From Squalus acanthias (lineage: Eukaryota), in assembly GCA_030390025.1 (NCBI GenBank), contig CM059432.1, positions 102,302,001 to 102,366,000 of the forward strand: DNA of 64,000 nt. Direction: 5' to 3'. Of the stretch, positions 12,271 to 24,600 are shown in pieces. The stretch's first letter is position 1; every line of letters begins with the position of its first letter. The notes under the pieces are model-generated. The model did no database searches. It was given only the letters and a program-made list of their open reading frames with translations, and was not told the DNA's origin. Made by a program: the position numbers and the translations under genes.

Positions 12271-12902
12271 CCAGCTCAGAAATGAGAGTGTAATCAATTA
12301 CGCCAAACTGACACTGAATATCAGCTGGCACAAATTTGACCAAAGCACAGATTTCTTCCTCAAACTTTAGAATTAGCCAATTCACCCTTTCAAATTTGTA
12401 TAATAAATGCAAGCTATGATAATCATCTAACTGGCCAAGAAATAATAAATCCAGCTATCAATTCTGACATGATCACATAGTAATTACCACTATTGGTCTT
12501 ATCACATGGAATGCAAGCAGGAGTCAACTAGCTGTCATGGCAACCCCTCCAAAAAATGTATTGGGATTTTATATTTTCAAAAGAGCTAAATTTTTATTAT
12601 CATAAAGAACCCACTATAGATTATGTTATTCCAAGGTATCTTTGCCATCATGGTTTATAACGACATCACAGCCTCATCAATAGATCTCCAGATCAGTGTG
12701 ATCACACCAGTACAAAACCACTTTTTCATAGGACTACATTTATTCATTGTGAACTGCACAACTTGACCTTATACTGCATCATGAAACAATAGTAATGACT
12801 TTCAGAAATATCACTAGTTTGTGCCATATGAGTGCAAAGTCTACTTGAATTATATTGCATTTCTACTTTTGTTTGCATTTGCATTATTTTTACTTAATTA
12901 AT

Positions 12903-13050
12903 GGCCCTGAATTTCCCTGAACTTTCTCCTGCTGCACTACTGTAAATTTGCCTGAAGTGCAGTGGAAACACCATTTATGTGCGTATACAGGGTTTCCGCC
13001 GCACTCCCGGAGAAGTTACAGTGGGAGAAAGTCTGAGGAAATTCAACGTT
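12903..13050. mobile_element. Short palindromic Harbinger-type MITE
   Basis: GAATTTCCCTGAACTTTCTCC ... GGAGAAAGTCTGAGGAAATTC inverted arms. Confidence 0.55.
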
Positions 13051-13582
13051 TTCAGGTTGAAAAATCATGCTAACTTTTTCATAGGAGTAGGTCATGACTG
13101 ATCTGCACCTCAACTCCATTTACCCACTTTTGTTCCAAATCCTTTGGTGCCCTTACCTAATAAAAATCTGTTGATCTCAGGCTTGAAAATTTCGATTGAC
13201 CCCCAGCATCCACAGCCTCGTGGGAGATAGAATTTCAGATTTCCACTGCCCATTGTGTGAAAAAGTGCTTCCTGATTTCACTTCTGAATGGCCTAGCTCT
13301 AATTTTAAGATTATTCTGGATTCACCCACCAGAGGAAATAGTTTCTGTATCTACCCTATTGAATCCCTTTATAAATTTTAAATAGCTTGATTAGATCACC
13401 CTTCAACTGATGAAACTCAAGGGAATAGAAGCAAAATTTATGCAACCTGTCCTCATAATTTAACCCTTTATATCCTGGTATCATTTTGGTAAATCTGCAG
13501 TGTACCCTCTCCAAGACTTATCCAATATATCTTTCCTGAGGTGCAATGCCCAAAACTGAACCCAGTACTCCAGATAGAGTCT

Positions 13583-15597
13583 ATGATGCGGAGATGCCGG
13601 TGTTGGACTGGGGTGGACAAAAATGAGAAGTCGCACAACACCAAGTTATAGTCCCATGTACTACCCGCGTGGGAGACTTCTACTGCCTCCCAAAGATACA
13701 CAAAGCCAACACACCCGGACGTCCTATCGTATCAGGCAACGGAACCCTGTGTGAGAACCTCTCTGGGTACGTCGAGGGCATCCTGAAACCCATCGTACAG
13801 GGAACCCCCAGCTTCTGTCGCGACACTACAGACTTCTTGCAGAAACTCAGCACCCATGGACCAGTTGAACCAGGAACACTCCTCGCCACGATGGACGTAT
13901 CGGCACTCTACACCAGTATCCCCCACGATGACGGCATCGCTGCGACAGCCTCAGTACTCAACACCAACAACAGCCAATCTCCAGACGCCATCCTACAACT
14001 CATCCACTTCATCCTTGACCACAATGTCTTCACCTTCGACAACCAGTTTTTTACCCAAACACACGGAACAGCCATGGGGACCAAATTCGCACCCCAATAT
14101 GGCAACATCTTCATGCACAAGTTCGAGCAAGACTTCTTCGCTGCACAGGACCTCCAACCAATGCTGTACACCAGATACATCGACGACATTTTCTTCCTTT
14201 GGACCCACGGCGAAGGATCACTGAAAGGACAACACGATACATCAACAGGTTCCATCCCACCATCAAACTCACCATGGACTACTCCTCAGAATCGGTTTCA
14301 TTCTTGGATCACGAATCTCCATCAAAGATGGACACCTTAGCACTTCACTCTACCGCAAGCCCACGGACAACCTCACGATGCTCCACTTCTCCATCTTCCA
14401 CCCTAACCACGTTAAAGAAGCCATCCCCTATGGACAAGCCCTGTGAATACACAGGATCTGCTCAGATGAGGAGGAACGCGATGGACACCTACGGACGCTG
14501 AAAGACGCCCTCGTAAGAACGGGATATGACGCTCGACTCGTCGATCGACAGTTCCGACGGGCCACAGCGAAAAATCGCATAGACCTCCTCAGAAGGCGAA
14601 CACGGGACACAACCAACAGAGTACCCTACGTCGTCCAGTACTTCCCCGGAGCGGAGAAACTACGCCATGTTCTTCGCAGCCTTCAACATGTCATCGATGA
14701 CGACGAACACCTTGCTAAGGCCATCCCCACGCCTCCACTACTCGCCTTCAAGCAGCCGCCTAACCTCAAAAGTACCATCGTTCGCAGCAAATTACCCAGC
14801 TGTCAGGAGAACAGTGACCACGACACCACACAACCCTGCCACGGCAACCTCTGCAAGACATGCCAGATCATCAACACAGATACCATCATCACACGTGAGG
14901 ACACTACCCACCAGGTACATGGTACATACTCATGTGACTCGGCCAACGTTGTCTACCTCATACGTTGCAGGAAAGAATGCACCGCAGCATGGTACATCAG
15001 CGAGACCATGCAAACACTGAGACAACGTATGAATGGACACCGCGCAACAATTGCCAGGCAGGATTGTTACCTCCCAGTCGGGGAACACTTCAGCAGTCAA
15101 GGACATTCAGCCTCGGATCTGCGGGTTAGCGTTCTCCAAGGCGGCCTTCGAGACACACAACAACGCAAAATCATCGGCAGAAACTGATAGCCAAGTTCCG
15201 CACCCATGAGGACGGCCTCAACCGGGATCTCGGTTTCATGTCACGCTACAGGACGTGACTAGAGTCCAGACTAGAGTCCAGACTAGCGTCGTCGTTGTCT
15301 TGTTCACAGATGTGATTTCCAGTTTTAAAAAAAAGTAAAAAGCTTAACTGCAGACTGCAACATTTGGCATGTTGGACCCCCTGTGACCCCACCTCATTGT
15401 CTTAGCTGTATTCTGCTGTGTCTTTGATGTAATGCCTTCCTGACGGATTGTATCTCTGCAGACAAATTGTTCTCTGTCTATATATGCTTTGTAACTGATT
15501 TGTATTCCCTCACTTTACCTGACGAAGGAGCAGCGCTCCGAAAGCTCGTAATTTCAAATAAAACTGTTGGACTATAACTTGGTGTTGTGCGACTTCT
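13583..15597 (+). mobile_element. Penelope-like element (5'-truncated; RT + GIY-YIG endonuclease)
   Basis: RT motifs LPKIHK, GRPIVS, MDVSALYTSIP, GTAMG, RYIDDIF; GIY-YIG region CDSANVVYLIRC...WYISET...RMNGHR at ~14933-15045; 12-bp TSD CAGATAGAGTCT; inverted terminal segment at the 5' end. Confidence 0.92.
15515..15551 (+). ncRNA. Minimal type I hammerhead ribozyme motif in the Penelope terminal repeat
   Basis: TTAC-CTGACGA-A-GGAGC/AGC/GCTCC-GAAA-GC-TC-GTAA: conserved core, stem II, stem I TTAC/GTAA, palindromic AGCT stem III. Confidence 0.8.
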
Positions 15598-17579
15598 CAG
15601 ATAGAGTCTGACCAAGGATGTTTATAACTAAAGCATCACTTCCTCAGTCTTGTATTCCAGCACCCTTGAGATAAAGGCTAACATTCCATTAGCCTATTTG
15701 ATTACGTTTTCTACCTGTATACTAGCTTTTAGTGGTTTGTGTACCTGGACACCAAAGTCTGTTTCCTCCTACACTGTTGCTAATCTCTTGCTATTAAGAA
15801 AATATTCCAATTTATCGTTCTTGGATTCAAAGTGGACAACATCACACTTTCCCACATTGAACTCCATATGCCAACTTTGCTCACTCATTTAATCTGCCTA
15901 TGTCCCTTTGTAACTTCCTGTTCCCATCTACACAACTTACTATGCCTCCTAACTTATTGTAATCTGCAAACTTGGACATACAACTCTCTATTCCTTTATC
16001 CAAGTCATTGATTATACATTATGAAAGGCTGCAGCCCCAGTGCAGATCCCTGGGAAATACCACTTGTCACATTCCACAAATCAGAGTACATTCCCTTTAT
16101 CAGCCCTTATTCTCTGTCTCCTACCTCCAACTAATTACCAACCCATGTTACAATGTTACCTCCAATTCTGTGCACTTCTATTTTTGCTAATAATCTCTTG
16201 TGAAGAACCATATCAGAAGTCCACAAAGACAACATCTATAGACACTCCTCTGTCCACTATGTTAATAACCTCCTCAAAAAATTCAACTAGTTTGTCAGAC
16301 TCTTCACCAATCCATGCTAACTCTCTTTTATCAGCTCATACATGTCCAAGTGCTCAATCACTTTATCCCTAATGATAGGTTCCAATAACTTCCCCATAAC
16401 TGACATTAAATTGACAGGTCTGTAGTTTCCTGGTTTCTCCCTCCTTGCCTTCTTAAATAATGAAGTGACATTTGGAATTTTCCAGTCCAAAGGCACAATT
16501 CCCAAATCTAGAGAGCTTTGGAAAATTATGACTAGCACATCTGTAATTTTCCCACTTGTTTCTTTTATACCCTTGGGTGGAAACCATCTGGTTCTGGAGA
16601 CGTGTCTATCTTAACACGTTCAAACTGACAATGGGAGACAATCAGTTTAATGACATGTTTATATTTCCTACTGTGAACCATCCAAGATGCTTTAAACACC
16701 CAACCCTAAAAAAATAAGGCCCTGTGGGCTTATTTTCCTCAGTTCATTATTTTTAGCAAAAAGGTTGGCACGAGTACATGGCCACATTCCCTGCTTTATG
16801 CTCACAACTACCTTTTCAGTAAAAGTAGCAAACAGGAAAATATACTTTTTTTCTCCTTAATCAGCTCCTGCTCTTGAACTCTAAATATAGCATGAACATT
16901 TCTTGCAAGTACTGGGCATGATGTGGCATAAATCACACAGAAACAAAAAATATGGCTGACATAACTGGCATCTCCTGTATAATTATGTCAGTTAAAATAT
17001 TTGGAACCAGAGCGAAAAAGCCCAGCAACAGTAAGGAGAATGAATCAAATAATGGTTATTCTGCTCACTGAAGCTCAGACCAAGGATTTTTTTTTTGTAT
17101 GCAATGCCTCAGGCAAAGTATGCATTGATATTCATTTTACTCACTGATCAGAGGAACCAAATTTTAACATATTTATTATTTAGATCCCTTTCTTTTCTGT
17201 AATTTTTAAAAATAGTTTGAATCATTATTCCTGTAATTTTTTTTTTGTTCCAGCAGGTTTTAATAGATTAGAAAATGCCTCTATTACAGTGTCAGGTGGG
17301 AATCAAACCAGTTGATCCACATTAGTAAGAGAAGGAATTGGTTAACATTGCAGTGCAGATTTTTCTGAACTACACATTATAAGTATAAAAAGTGAATGCG
17401 CAGTGGAACAACAGCACCACAATTTATTATACTGTGTGAATTATCAGCAGGAGGCAGCATCCATCTGAAGGCAGTTTGCATAAGCCAAACAGTTGGCAAA
17501 CTTTCTCTGCCAATGAAACTCATCACACGTATACTAGACAGGTTACCATTTTACTGCCAAGATTTAAAACAATTAATTC

Positions 17580-18740
17580 TCGAGATACGGGTGTCTTTGG
17601 CAAGGCTGGCGATTATTCCCTATCCCCAGTTGTCCTTGAGAAGATGATCGTGGGCCTTCTTTTTGAACCGCTGCAGTCCGTCTGGTGAAAGTGCTCCCAA
17701 AATGCTGTTAGGTAAGAACTTGCAGGATTTTGACCCAACAATGATGAAAGAATGGGGATATATGTCCAAGCATGACTTGGAGGAGACCTTGGAGGTGATG
17801 ATGTTCCCTTGTACCTGCTGCATCTGTCCTTCTAGGTGGTGAAGGTCATGGGTTTGGAGGTGCTGCTGCAGAGGCCTTGGTGTGTTGCTGTAATGCATCC
17901 TGTAGATAGCCATGGTACACCAGTTGTGGAGGGGATGGATGTTTAGGTTAAGTGATGATCAAGGAGAAAGTTTTGTCTTGAAAGGTGTTGAGCTTCTTGA
18001 GCTGCATCCATCCAGGCACGTGGAGAGTATTCCATCATACTCCTGACTGCCTTGATGGTGGAGAGACTTTGGTGAATATTCTCCACAGAATATCCAGTCT
18101 CTGACCTGCTCTAGTAACCTGGTCCAGTTAGGTTTCTGCTCAGTGGTGACCCCAGGATTTAATGGTGAGGAACTTAGCAATGGTAATGTCATTGAATGTC
18201 AAGGGGAGGTCTTTACGCTCTCTCTTATTAGAGATGGTCATTGCCTGGCACTTGTGTGGCTGAATGTTACTTGCCATTTATCAGCCTAAGGCTGGTTGTT
18301 GTCCAGATCTTGCTGCTGAGGAATTGCGAATGGAGCTAATCAATGTGCAATCATCATCGCTCTGACCTTATGATGGAGGGAAGGTCATTGATGAAACAGC
18401 TGAAGATAGTTGGGCATGGGACACTGCCCTGAGGAATTCCTGCAACAATATCCTGAGGCTGAGATGATTGGCCTCCAACAATCACAACTATCTTCCTTTG
18501 TGCCAAGTATGACTTCAGCCACTGAACAGTTGTCTCCTGATCTCCATTGATTTCAATGTTACTAGGGCTCCTTGGTGCCACACTCAGTCAAATGCTGCCT
18601 TGATGTCAAAGGCAGTCAATCACAACTCACTTCTAGAATTCAGCTTGTGTTCATGTTTGGACCAAGGCTGTTATGGAACCAAGTAGTCCTGACAGAACTA
18701 AAACTGAGCATCGGTGAGCAGGTTATTGTTGAGTAAGTCC
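17580..18740 (-). mobile_element. Decayed CR1-clade LINE (distinct family) 3' RT region
   Basis: Minus ORFs WLKSYLAQRKIVVIVGGQSS...GIPQGSV.CPTIFSCFINDLP and GLQRFKKKAH.HLL. Confidence 0.8.
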
Positions 18741-19139
18741 CACATGAGAGATGTGAGGTGAGCTCTCTGCTGAACTACTACTAATGTCTTGTTTACACAG
18801 AATTTTGGATTGGTTTGTATAGGACTAATCTAGTTCCATCATCGACTACTCAAGGTGCGATGAGTTTCCTCAGCATAATTCATTTCACTATCCTTGAATT
18901 CTGAACTGACTTGTATTATTGTATTTTGCCTTATGTGTAGATCACTTACGGATATAGCAATGAAAATGAATTCTGACTAAACTTTGTAATTATGATGCCC
19001 TCAGAAATTAATAAAAGAAAGCTACAGTTATCAAATTTTCAGAAACTTAGCTTTTTGAATTAGAATTGTTCTGATTTGGAATCTTGTTACATATTGGAAA
19101 AAAGTGAGAAAAGTTAAAGTGTACTATTATATTCCCTAC

Positions 19140-20415
19140 CCCCATATGAGTTGTCACCTCCAAAATTTGTGCCCATCTTTCCCGCAACTCTGTGTTTGAA
19201 TATTTCCAATTAGGTTTCCATCCCTGACACAGCAGTGAAATGGCCCGAACCATAGACACAAATGACATCCACTGCGACTATGACCATAGTGCATTATCCC
19301 TCATCGTCCTCCTTAACCTCTCTGCAGCCTTTGACCACACCATCCTCCAATGCCTTTTCTCCATTGTCCAGCTCAGTGGGATTACCCTCGCTTGATTCCA
19401 CTCTTACCTATCTGATCATAGCCAGAGCATCTCCAGCAATGGTTTATCTTCCCATCTTCATACCATTACCTTCAGAATCTCCAAAGATCTGTCCTTTGAT
19501 CCCTCCTCTTCATCTGCATGCTGCCCTTTTGTAACATCTGTAGACATGGGGTCAGCTTCCACATGTATGCTGACAACACCCAGCTCCACCTCTCCACACT
19601 TTTTCAACCCCTCCACTGCCTCTGTGCTGTCAAACTACTTGTCCAATATCCAGTTGTGGATGAGCTGCAATTTCATTCAATTAAACATTGGGAAGACTGA
19701 TGCCATCATCTTTGGACCCCGCCAACAACTCCACACCCTCACCATCGATTCCATCCCCGTTGCTGGCCATTGTCTCAGGCTGAACCAAATCGTTTACAAT
19801 CTCAGTATCCTATTTGACTTCCAACCCCATATACACTCCATCACAAAGACAGCATACTTTCACCTCTGCAACATCACTGGCCCCACCCCTGTCTTAGCCC
19901 ATCTTCCATTGAAACCCTCATCAATGCCTTTGTGGCTTCCATACTCAACTATTCAAATAATCTCCTGGATGGCCTACCAATCCCCTGCCCTCAATAAATT
20001 TCAGCTCCAAATCCTTGCTGCCCGTATCCTATTCTGCACCTTCTTCTCCTGCTCATCCATCGTTCCTGTCCTTGCTTACTTACATTGGCTCACATTCCGC
20101 CAACACCTACAATTTAAAATTCTCGTCCTCATGTTTAAATCCCTTCAGGACCTCACCCTTCCATATCTCTATAAACTCCTCCAGCCCTACAACCCTCTGC
20201 TGCCAACCCTCTGCTGCCAACTCTCCATTCCTCTGATGCTTGCCTTTTGCACATCCCCCCTCCTTTCCCCCCACCATTGAAGGCCGTGCCTTCAGCTGTC
20301 TAAGCCCCAAGCTCTAGAATTCCTTCCCTAATCCCCTCTGCCCCTCCAGCTCCTTCTCCTTCTTTTAAGAGCCCTCTTAAAACCTACCTCTTCGATGAAG
20401 CTTTTGGTCATCCCT
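19140..20415 (+). mobile_element. L2 LINE RT 3' fragment
   Basis: GVSFHMYADNTQL, LNIGKTDAIIFG, LHWL...FKILVL motifs typical of the L2 clade. Confidence 0.85.
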
Positions 20416-20423
20416 CAACAGTG

Positions 20424-20706
20424 TGAGCACTGTTGCCTCACAGCGCCAGGGACCCGGGTTCGAATCCGGCCTCAGGTGACTGTCTGTGTGGAGTTTACAC
20501 ATTCTCCCCGTGTCTGCGTGGGTTTTCTCCGGGTGCTCCGGTTTCCTCCCACAGTCCAAAGATGTGCGGGTTAGGTTGATTTGGCTATGATAAATTGACC
20601 CTTAGTGTTAGGGGGGATGGGTTACGGGGATAGGGTGGGATATGTGTCGGTGCAGGCTCGATGGGCCGAAATGGCCTCTATCTGCATTGTGGGGATTCTG
20701 TGATTC
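20424..20706 (+). mobile_element. HE1/V-SINE-like SINE, 5'-truncated
   Basis: Nearly identical to the reverse complement of 11934-12250; B box GGTTCGAATCC. Confidence 0.85.
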
Positions 20707-20711
20707 ATATT

Positions 20712-21421
20712 GGGCCGTATTTTCCGATCGGAGACTTCCCACGTGCGGAGGCCTCAGATCTGGAAAAAATCTACGCACTTACCTGAGGGCTCCTGAGGTC
20801 CGGACACTTCCACTCCTGGGCCTCTCCAACTCGAAATATGCAGGGCCCACGTATCCCAGGGGCGCATGCGGTTCGCAAGCGTCCCTGGGATCACGTGGGC
20901 CATGGGGAGCCAATCAAAGAAGGGAATCTCCCTTCATACACTTGACAGATAGACCTGTCAAATATATGAATGGAGATCAACCCTAAAACACTTTAAAACA
21001 TTAAATAAAATAAAAAAACATCACTTTTTAAAATTAGTTGAAATTACAATAAATTTAATATTTTAAACAAAAATTAAATTTTTTGAAAAAAGTAATTAAA
21101 GTTTATTACGGGGCTAAAAATAAACTGACCTTTTTAAAGTATTATTAAATGATAAATGAGTGAAAACATGTTTTTTTAACTTTTTTTTCAAATCTTATGC
21201 TGGTAAAAGCAGGCCTTACGCCTGCTTTTACCAGGCATAAGATTTCTAAGGGTTTTCTGTGGGCGGAGGTTCTCCAGAAAGCGGAACTATCCACCCGCAG
21301 CGGCCCTTCTCCAGGGCAGGCGTCCGATCTGTCAAGAGCATGCCTGAAACCGGCATTTCCGATGTCCCTACGGATGTGTACACAACGCATACTCACCCGT
21401 AGGGATCGGAATATACGGCCC
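20712..21421. mobile_element. Harbinger-type MITE, family A copy 2
   Basis: TIR GGGCCGTATTTTCCGATC / GATCGGAATATACGGCCC, TSD ATT. Confidence 0.88.
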
Positions 21422-21667
21422 ATTATCTCCTTCTTTGGTAGCTGTTTCATCACAGCCATATCCCTCTCTATCTGGGAAATAATTACCTCCAAAGGGAAGC
21501 ATGGAAGGAACTTCTTAATTTCTTACCAGGGAGCTCTGTAACACCTTTACTATCAATTCCAGGACAGATTGATTGCATTGGAGTGTTTCATTTTGTAATT
21601 GCCAGAACAAACAGAGCATCAGTTGTTTAGTGTGATCTTTTTTAATCTTTTCCCCTGGTTGGATATT

Positions 21668-23151
21668 GGCCCTGAATTGGCGGTCGGAGGCATACCAGAA
21701 GAATACGCCTCCAAATCAAGAAAACTTACCTGTTGTCTCCGGAGCTTCGGACTCTTCGGATCCTGGGCCTGCAGGCGTATGCCTGCGCAAAGGCCCAAGG
21801 GCACATACAGTTCACAAGCATCCCCAAATAAATAAGAATTCACACCACTTAAATAAAAATAAATGATCACATGTTCAAAATCACTTAAAAGACCCTTTAA
21901 TTAAGCATTTAAAATAAAATTTAATTTTTTGAAAAATAAATTTAAACCTTTTAAAACAGGCCAAAATTTACCTAAACTATTTTAAATGTATGTATCATTT
22001 AAAAAAAAATATTTTACCATTTATTTTAACCCTTACACTGGTAAAAGAAGGCTTTACGCCTTAAGGGGGAGAAATTCAGTATAGCCCCATTTGGGGCGCA
22101 ATTATCGGCCGGGCACAAAGATTAGCGCCTGGCGCTAATTATCGCCTCCGACTGCAAACTTGACTTTTATCGCCCCTGGAGGTGGTTGAAGCACTAAATC
22201 AGGCACGTCCCACCTGTCTTAAGGCGCAAAGGCCAAGGAACGAGGCGCTACCTCAGAGCGCTGGCGAAGCTCATGTGATGTCAGTCAGCAATGGAACACA
22301 GACACAATGGCGCGGGCCTGTTCTTAAAAGGGGAGGGTTGATCTTGCTTTCCATCCACATCCTGCTCATTGCAGCCTTGAATCTCGGCCTGGAGAGACCT
22401 GCACATCAAATCTGCTGGAAAGAACAATGGAGAGTACCAGGGAAAGAGCTCAGAGTGCAGCCCCCACGGTCTCTTCTAAATCGATACAAGGAAGGGCAAT
22501 TCAAAATGAACCTACAAAGTGCTGCTCAGTACCCAAAACTCCTTCACACAGCATTGAATCTCTCCAGAAGTCTCTCTCTCTCTCTCTCTCTCAGAATGCG
22601 TGGTTCTAAAATGTCACCAACAATAAAAGGCAGGAAGTGGTCACCTTTAAATAGCGCTCCCCCAGTCCCTTCCTGACTGCAAAACGCTCCCCTCAACCTG
22701 TCGTTGCTAGCAGCAGGCGGTAAGGCAGGGGGCGCCACTCAATATCCGCTCCGGGGCGATACCGGGGCGTTGCGCACTCGACTGACGTCACGATCTGCCG
22801 GCGCAGGAGATCGTGGCGGTAGTGTTTAGTGCCGCCGCAAAATGTCTAGTTAATTTCGCGAGCGGCGCAAACATCGCCGCGCCCGGGCCCTCTTAAGGCA
22901 CCAATGGGAGGCGCAACCAACTGAATTTTTCCCCCGAAGGGTTTTGTGGGCATTCGCTGGGCAGTAGTTGGGCGCTCCAGCGAAAGTGATTTTGTAGCGG
23001 ATGCAGTAGATCTGTCCAAGCGAAACTTGACAGATCGCAAGTTCCAGATATTCGCGCATGCACAGCGCATGCATAAACCCGGAACCTGTGGGGCCATTCT
23101 GAAGGCTTCCAACAGCGTACGCAATGTCAGAAGCACCGTAATTTCAGGCCC
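21668..23151. mobile_element. Family A-related MITE carrying a nested MITE
   Basis: TIR GGCCCTGAATT / AATTTCAGGCCC, TSD ATT; shares the CTGGTAAAAG..GGC and AT-core motifs of family A. Confidence 0.75.
22065..22935. mobile_element. Non-autonomous Harbinger related to the 51869-55344 element
   Basis: 16-bp TIR GGGGGAGAAATTCAGT / ACTGAATTTTTCCCCC, flanks TAA/GAA; subterminal sequences resemble the ends of 51869-55344; contains (CT)n at ~22571. Confidence 0.8.
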
Positions 23152-23214
23152 ATTATTTTCATCAAACGATCATTTAATTTCAAAGAAGCTTTCTTGTAAA
23201 TACCAAAGTGGATT

Positions 23215-23321
23215 GGGGTATAATTTTCATCTTGCCACTCGGGTGTAAAGCTGGCATTGCGATCGGCTGCCCATTATAGAAACTGTCTGATTTTAATTTC
23301 CGTTCAAAGAAAATCTACCCC
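23215..23321. mobile_element. Small MITE (GGGGTAGATTTT-type TIR)
   Basis: GGGGTATAATTTTC / GAAAATCTACCCC, TSD ATT; related pieces at ~25051 and 36712. Confidence 0.65.
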
Positions 23322-23379
23322 ATTATGTCCATAGGAAAGAACCATTGAAACAACAACAGCATGGACTTATGAATAGATT

Positions 23380-24152
23380 AGCCCAGATTTTGCTGTCAAA
23401 ATAACGGTGAGGCCAATGGCGCTCGCTGTTATTTATGCGTAAATGGTACAGCAAATTCAGGTAAGGGGCAGATGTGTGGTTAAATACCGGTACCCAAAGG
23501 TTGCTGTCTGAGTTGCACCACTCCGTTGTTAGCTTCGCGAAAATGACATTTCGCTGTCTGGCTCACCATTGACAGGCATTGAATGGTGTGCATGGTAGAT
23601 ATGAATTAAACCCGCTACAGATATTTAGGGTGAGTAATTACAAGTGAGAGTACCCTTTTAATGATGTGATAAGTGTTAATGACTGCCAATAAACCTCTCT
23701 GGCACTGAAAATTAACTATTATAAGTGCGAAGCCTCATTCCTTCAGGTTGTGAATTGTTTTAGGAGATTTTAAAATGTCAAATTTTTAAAAAAAAAATTC
23801 TTACTTTACCTTTTTGTCTTTTTTTCTCTCTTTCTTAATCCAATCTTTCTTTCCCTCTCTTTATTTCACTTTCTGAACCTGATTTGACATTGAGTTCACC
23901 CTCTTTAATTCACCTTCCTTCTCAGTCCTTCACTGTTTATTTCCCAATCCTTAGATCTCATTGGTTAAGGAAATACCCTGTTGGTTGCCCTGTTCACTCA
24001 GGTCCCAGATGCACTGTTTCCCTCACTGTGCCATTATCAGCTCGCACTTTCAACAACTTAACGGGCACAACTTTTTTGAGCTGAAGGGTGCAGGGGCAAG
24101 ACTAACTAACGGCAGATGCCGTTAGATGCCCTGCTACAGCAAAATCTGACCC
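23380..24152. mobile_element. Harbinger-type MITE inserted in an L2 3' end
   Basis: TIR AGCCCAGATTTTGCTGT / ACAGCAAAATCTGACCC, TSD ATT. Confidence 0.8.
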
Positions 24153-24600
24153 ATTGTCTTTAACATACAGAAACTGCCCAAGGCATTTTATAGGGTGCGA
24201 GGCAGAAGGGATAAAGTGGGCATTGCACAGGAGTTGGGGAGGTTAAGTCAGGTAACTAAAAGAGATGGTCAAAGAGATAGGTTAACCTTTGAGGAGGACT
24301 GTAATGAAAGAAACAGAGCAAATCAGATTGATCTGGAAAGGGAATTCCAGAATAAAGGACTGTGATGGCTGAAGGCTTTGCTACTGATGGTGGAACAGGG
24401 CGAGGAGGGAGGGGGGAGGATGCACACTAGATCCAAAATGGAAGAGTGAAGCATCTGTTGGGATATAGAGCTGTAGGAGATTGCAGAGGTTGGGTAATGC
24501 AAGAACATGGAGAGATTTTGAAGATGAGGATGACATTTTTTAAAATCAATAAGGAAGATGGGAAACCAATGAAGATCAGCGAAGATGAAGGTGATGAGTA
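24153..24600 (-). mobile_element. L2 3' fragment
   Basis: AFSHHSPLFWNSL motif; purine-rich like the other reverse L2 pieces. Confidence 0.55.

Larger units (their letters stand above)
13081..16610 (-). mobile_element. Decayed CR1 LINE interrupted by a Penelope-like element
   Basis: Minus-strand RT pieces (VPLDWKIPNVTSLFKK...PGNYRPV) continue across the 13583-15597 insertion. Confidence 0.85.
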
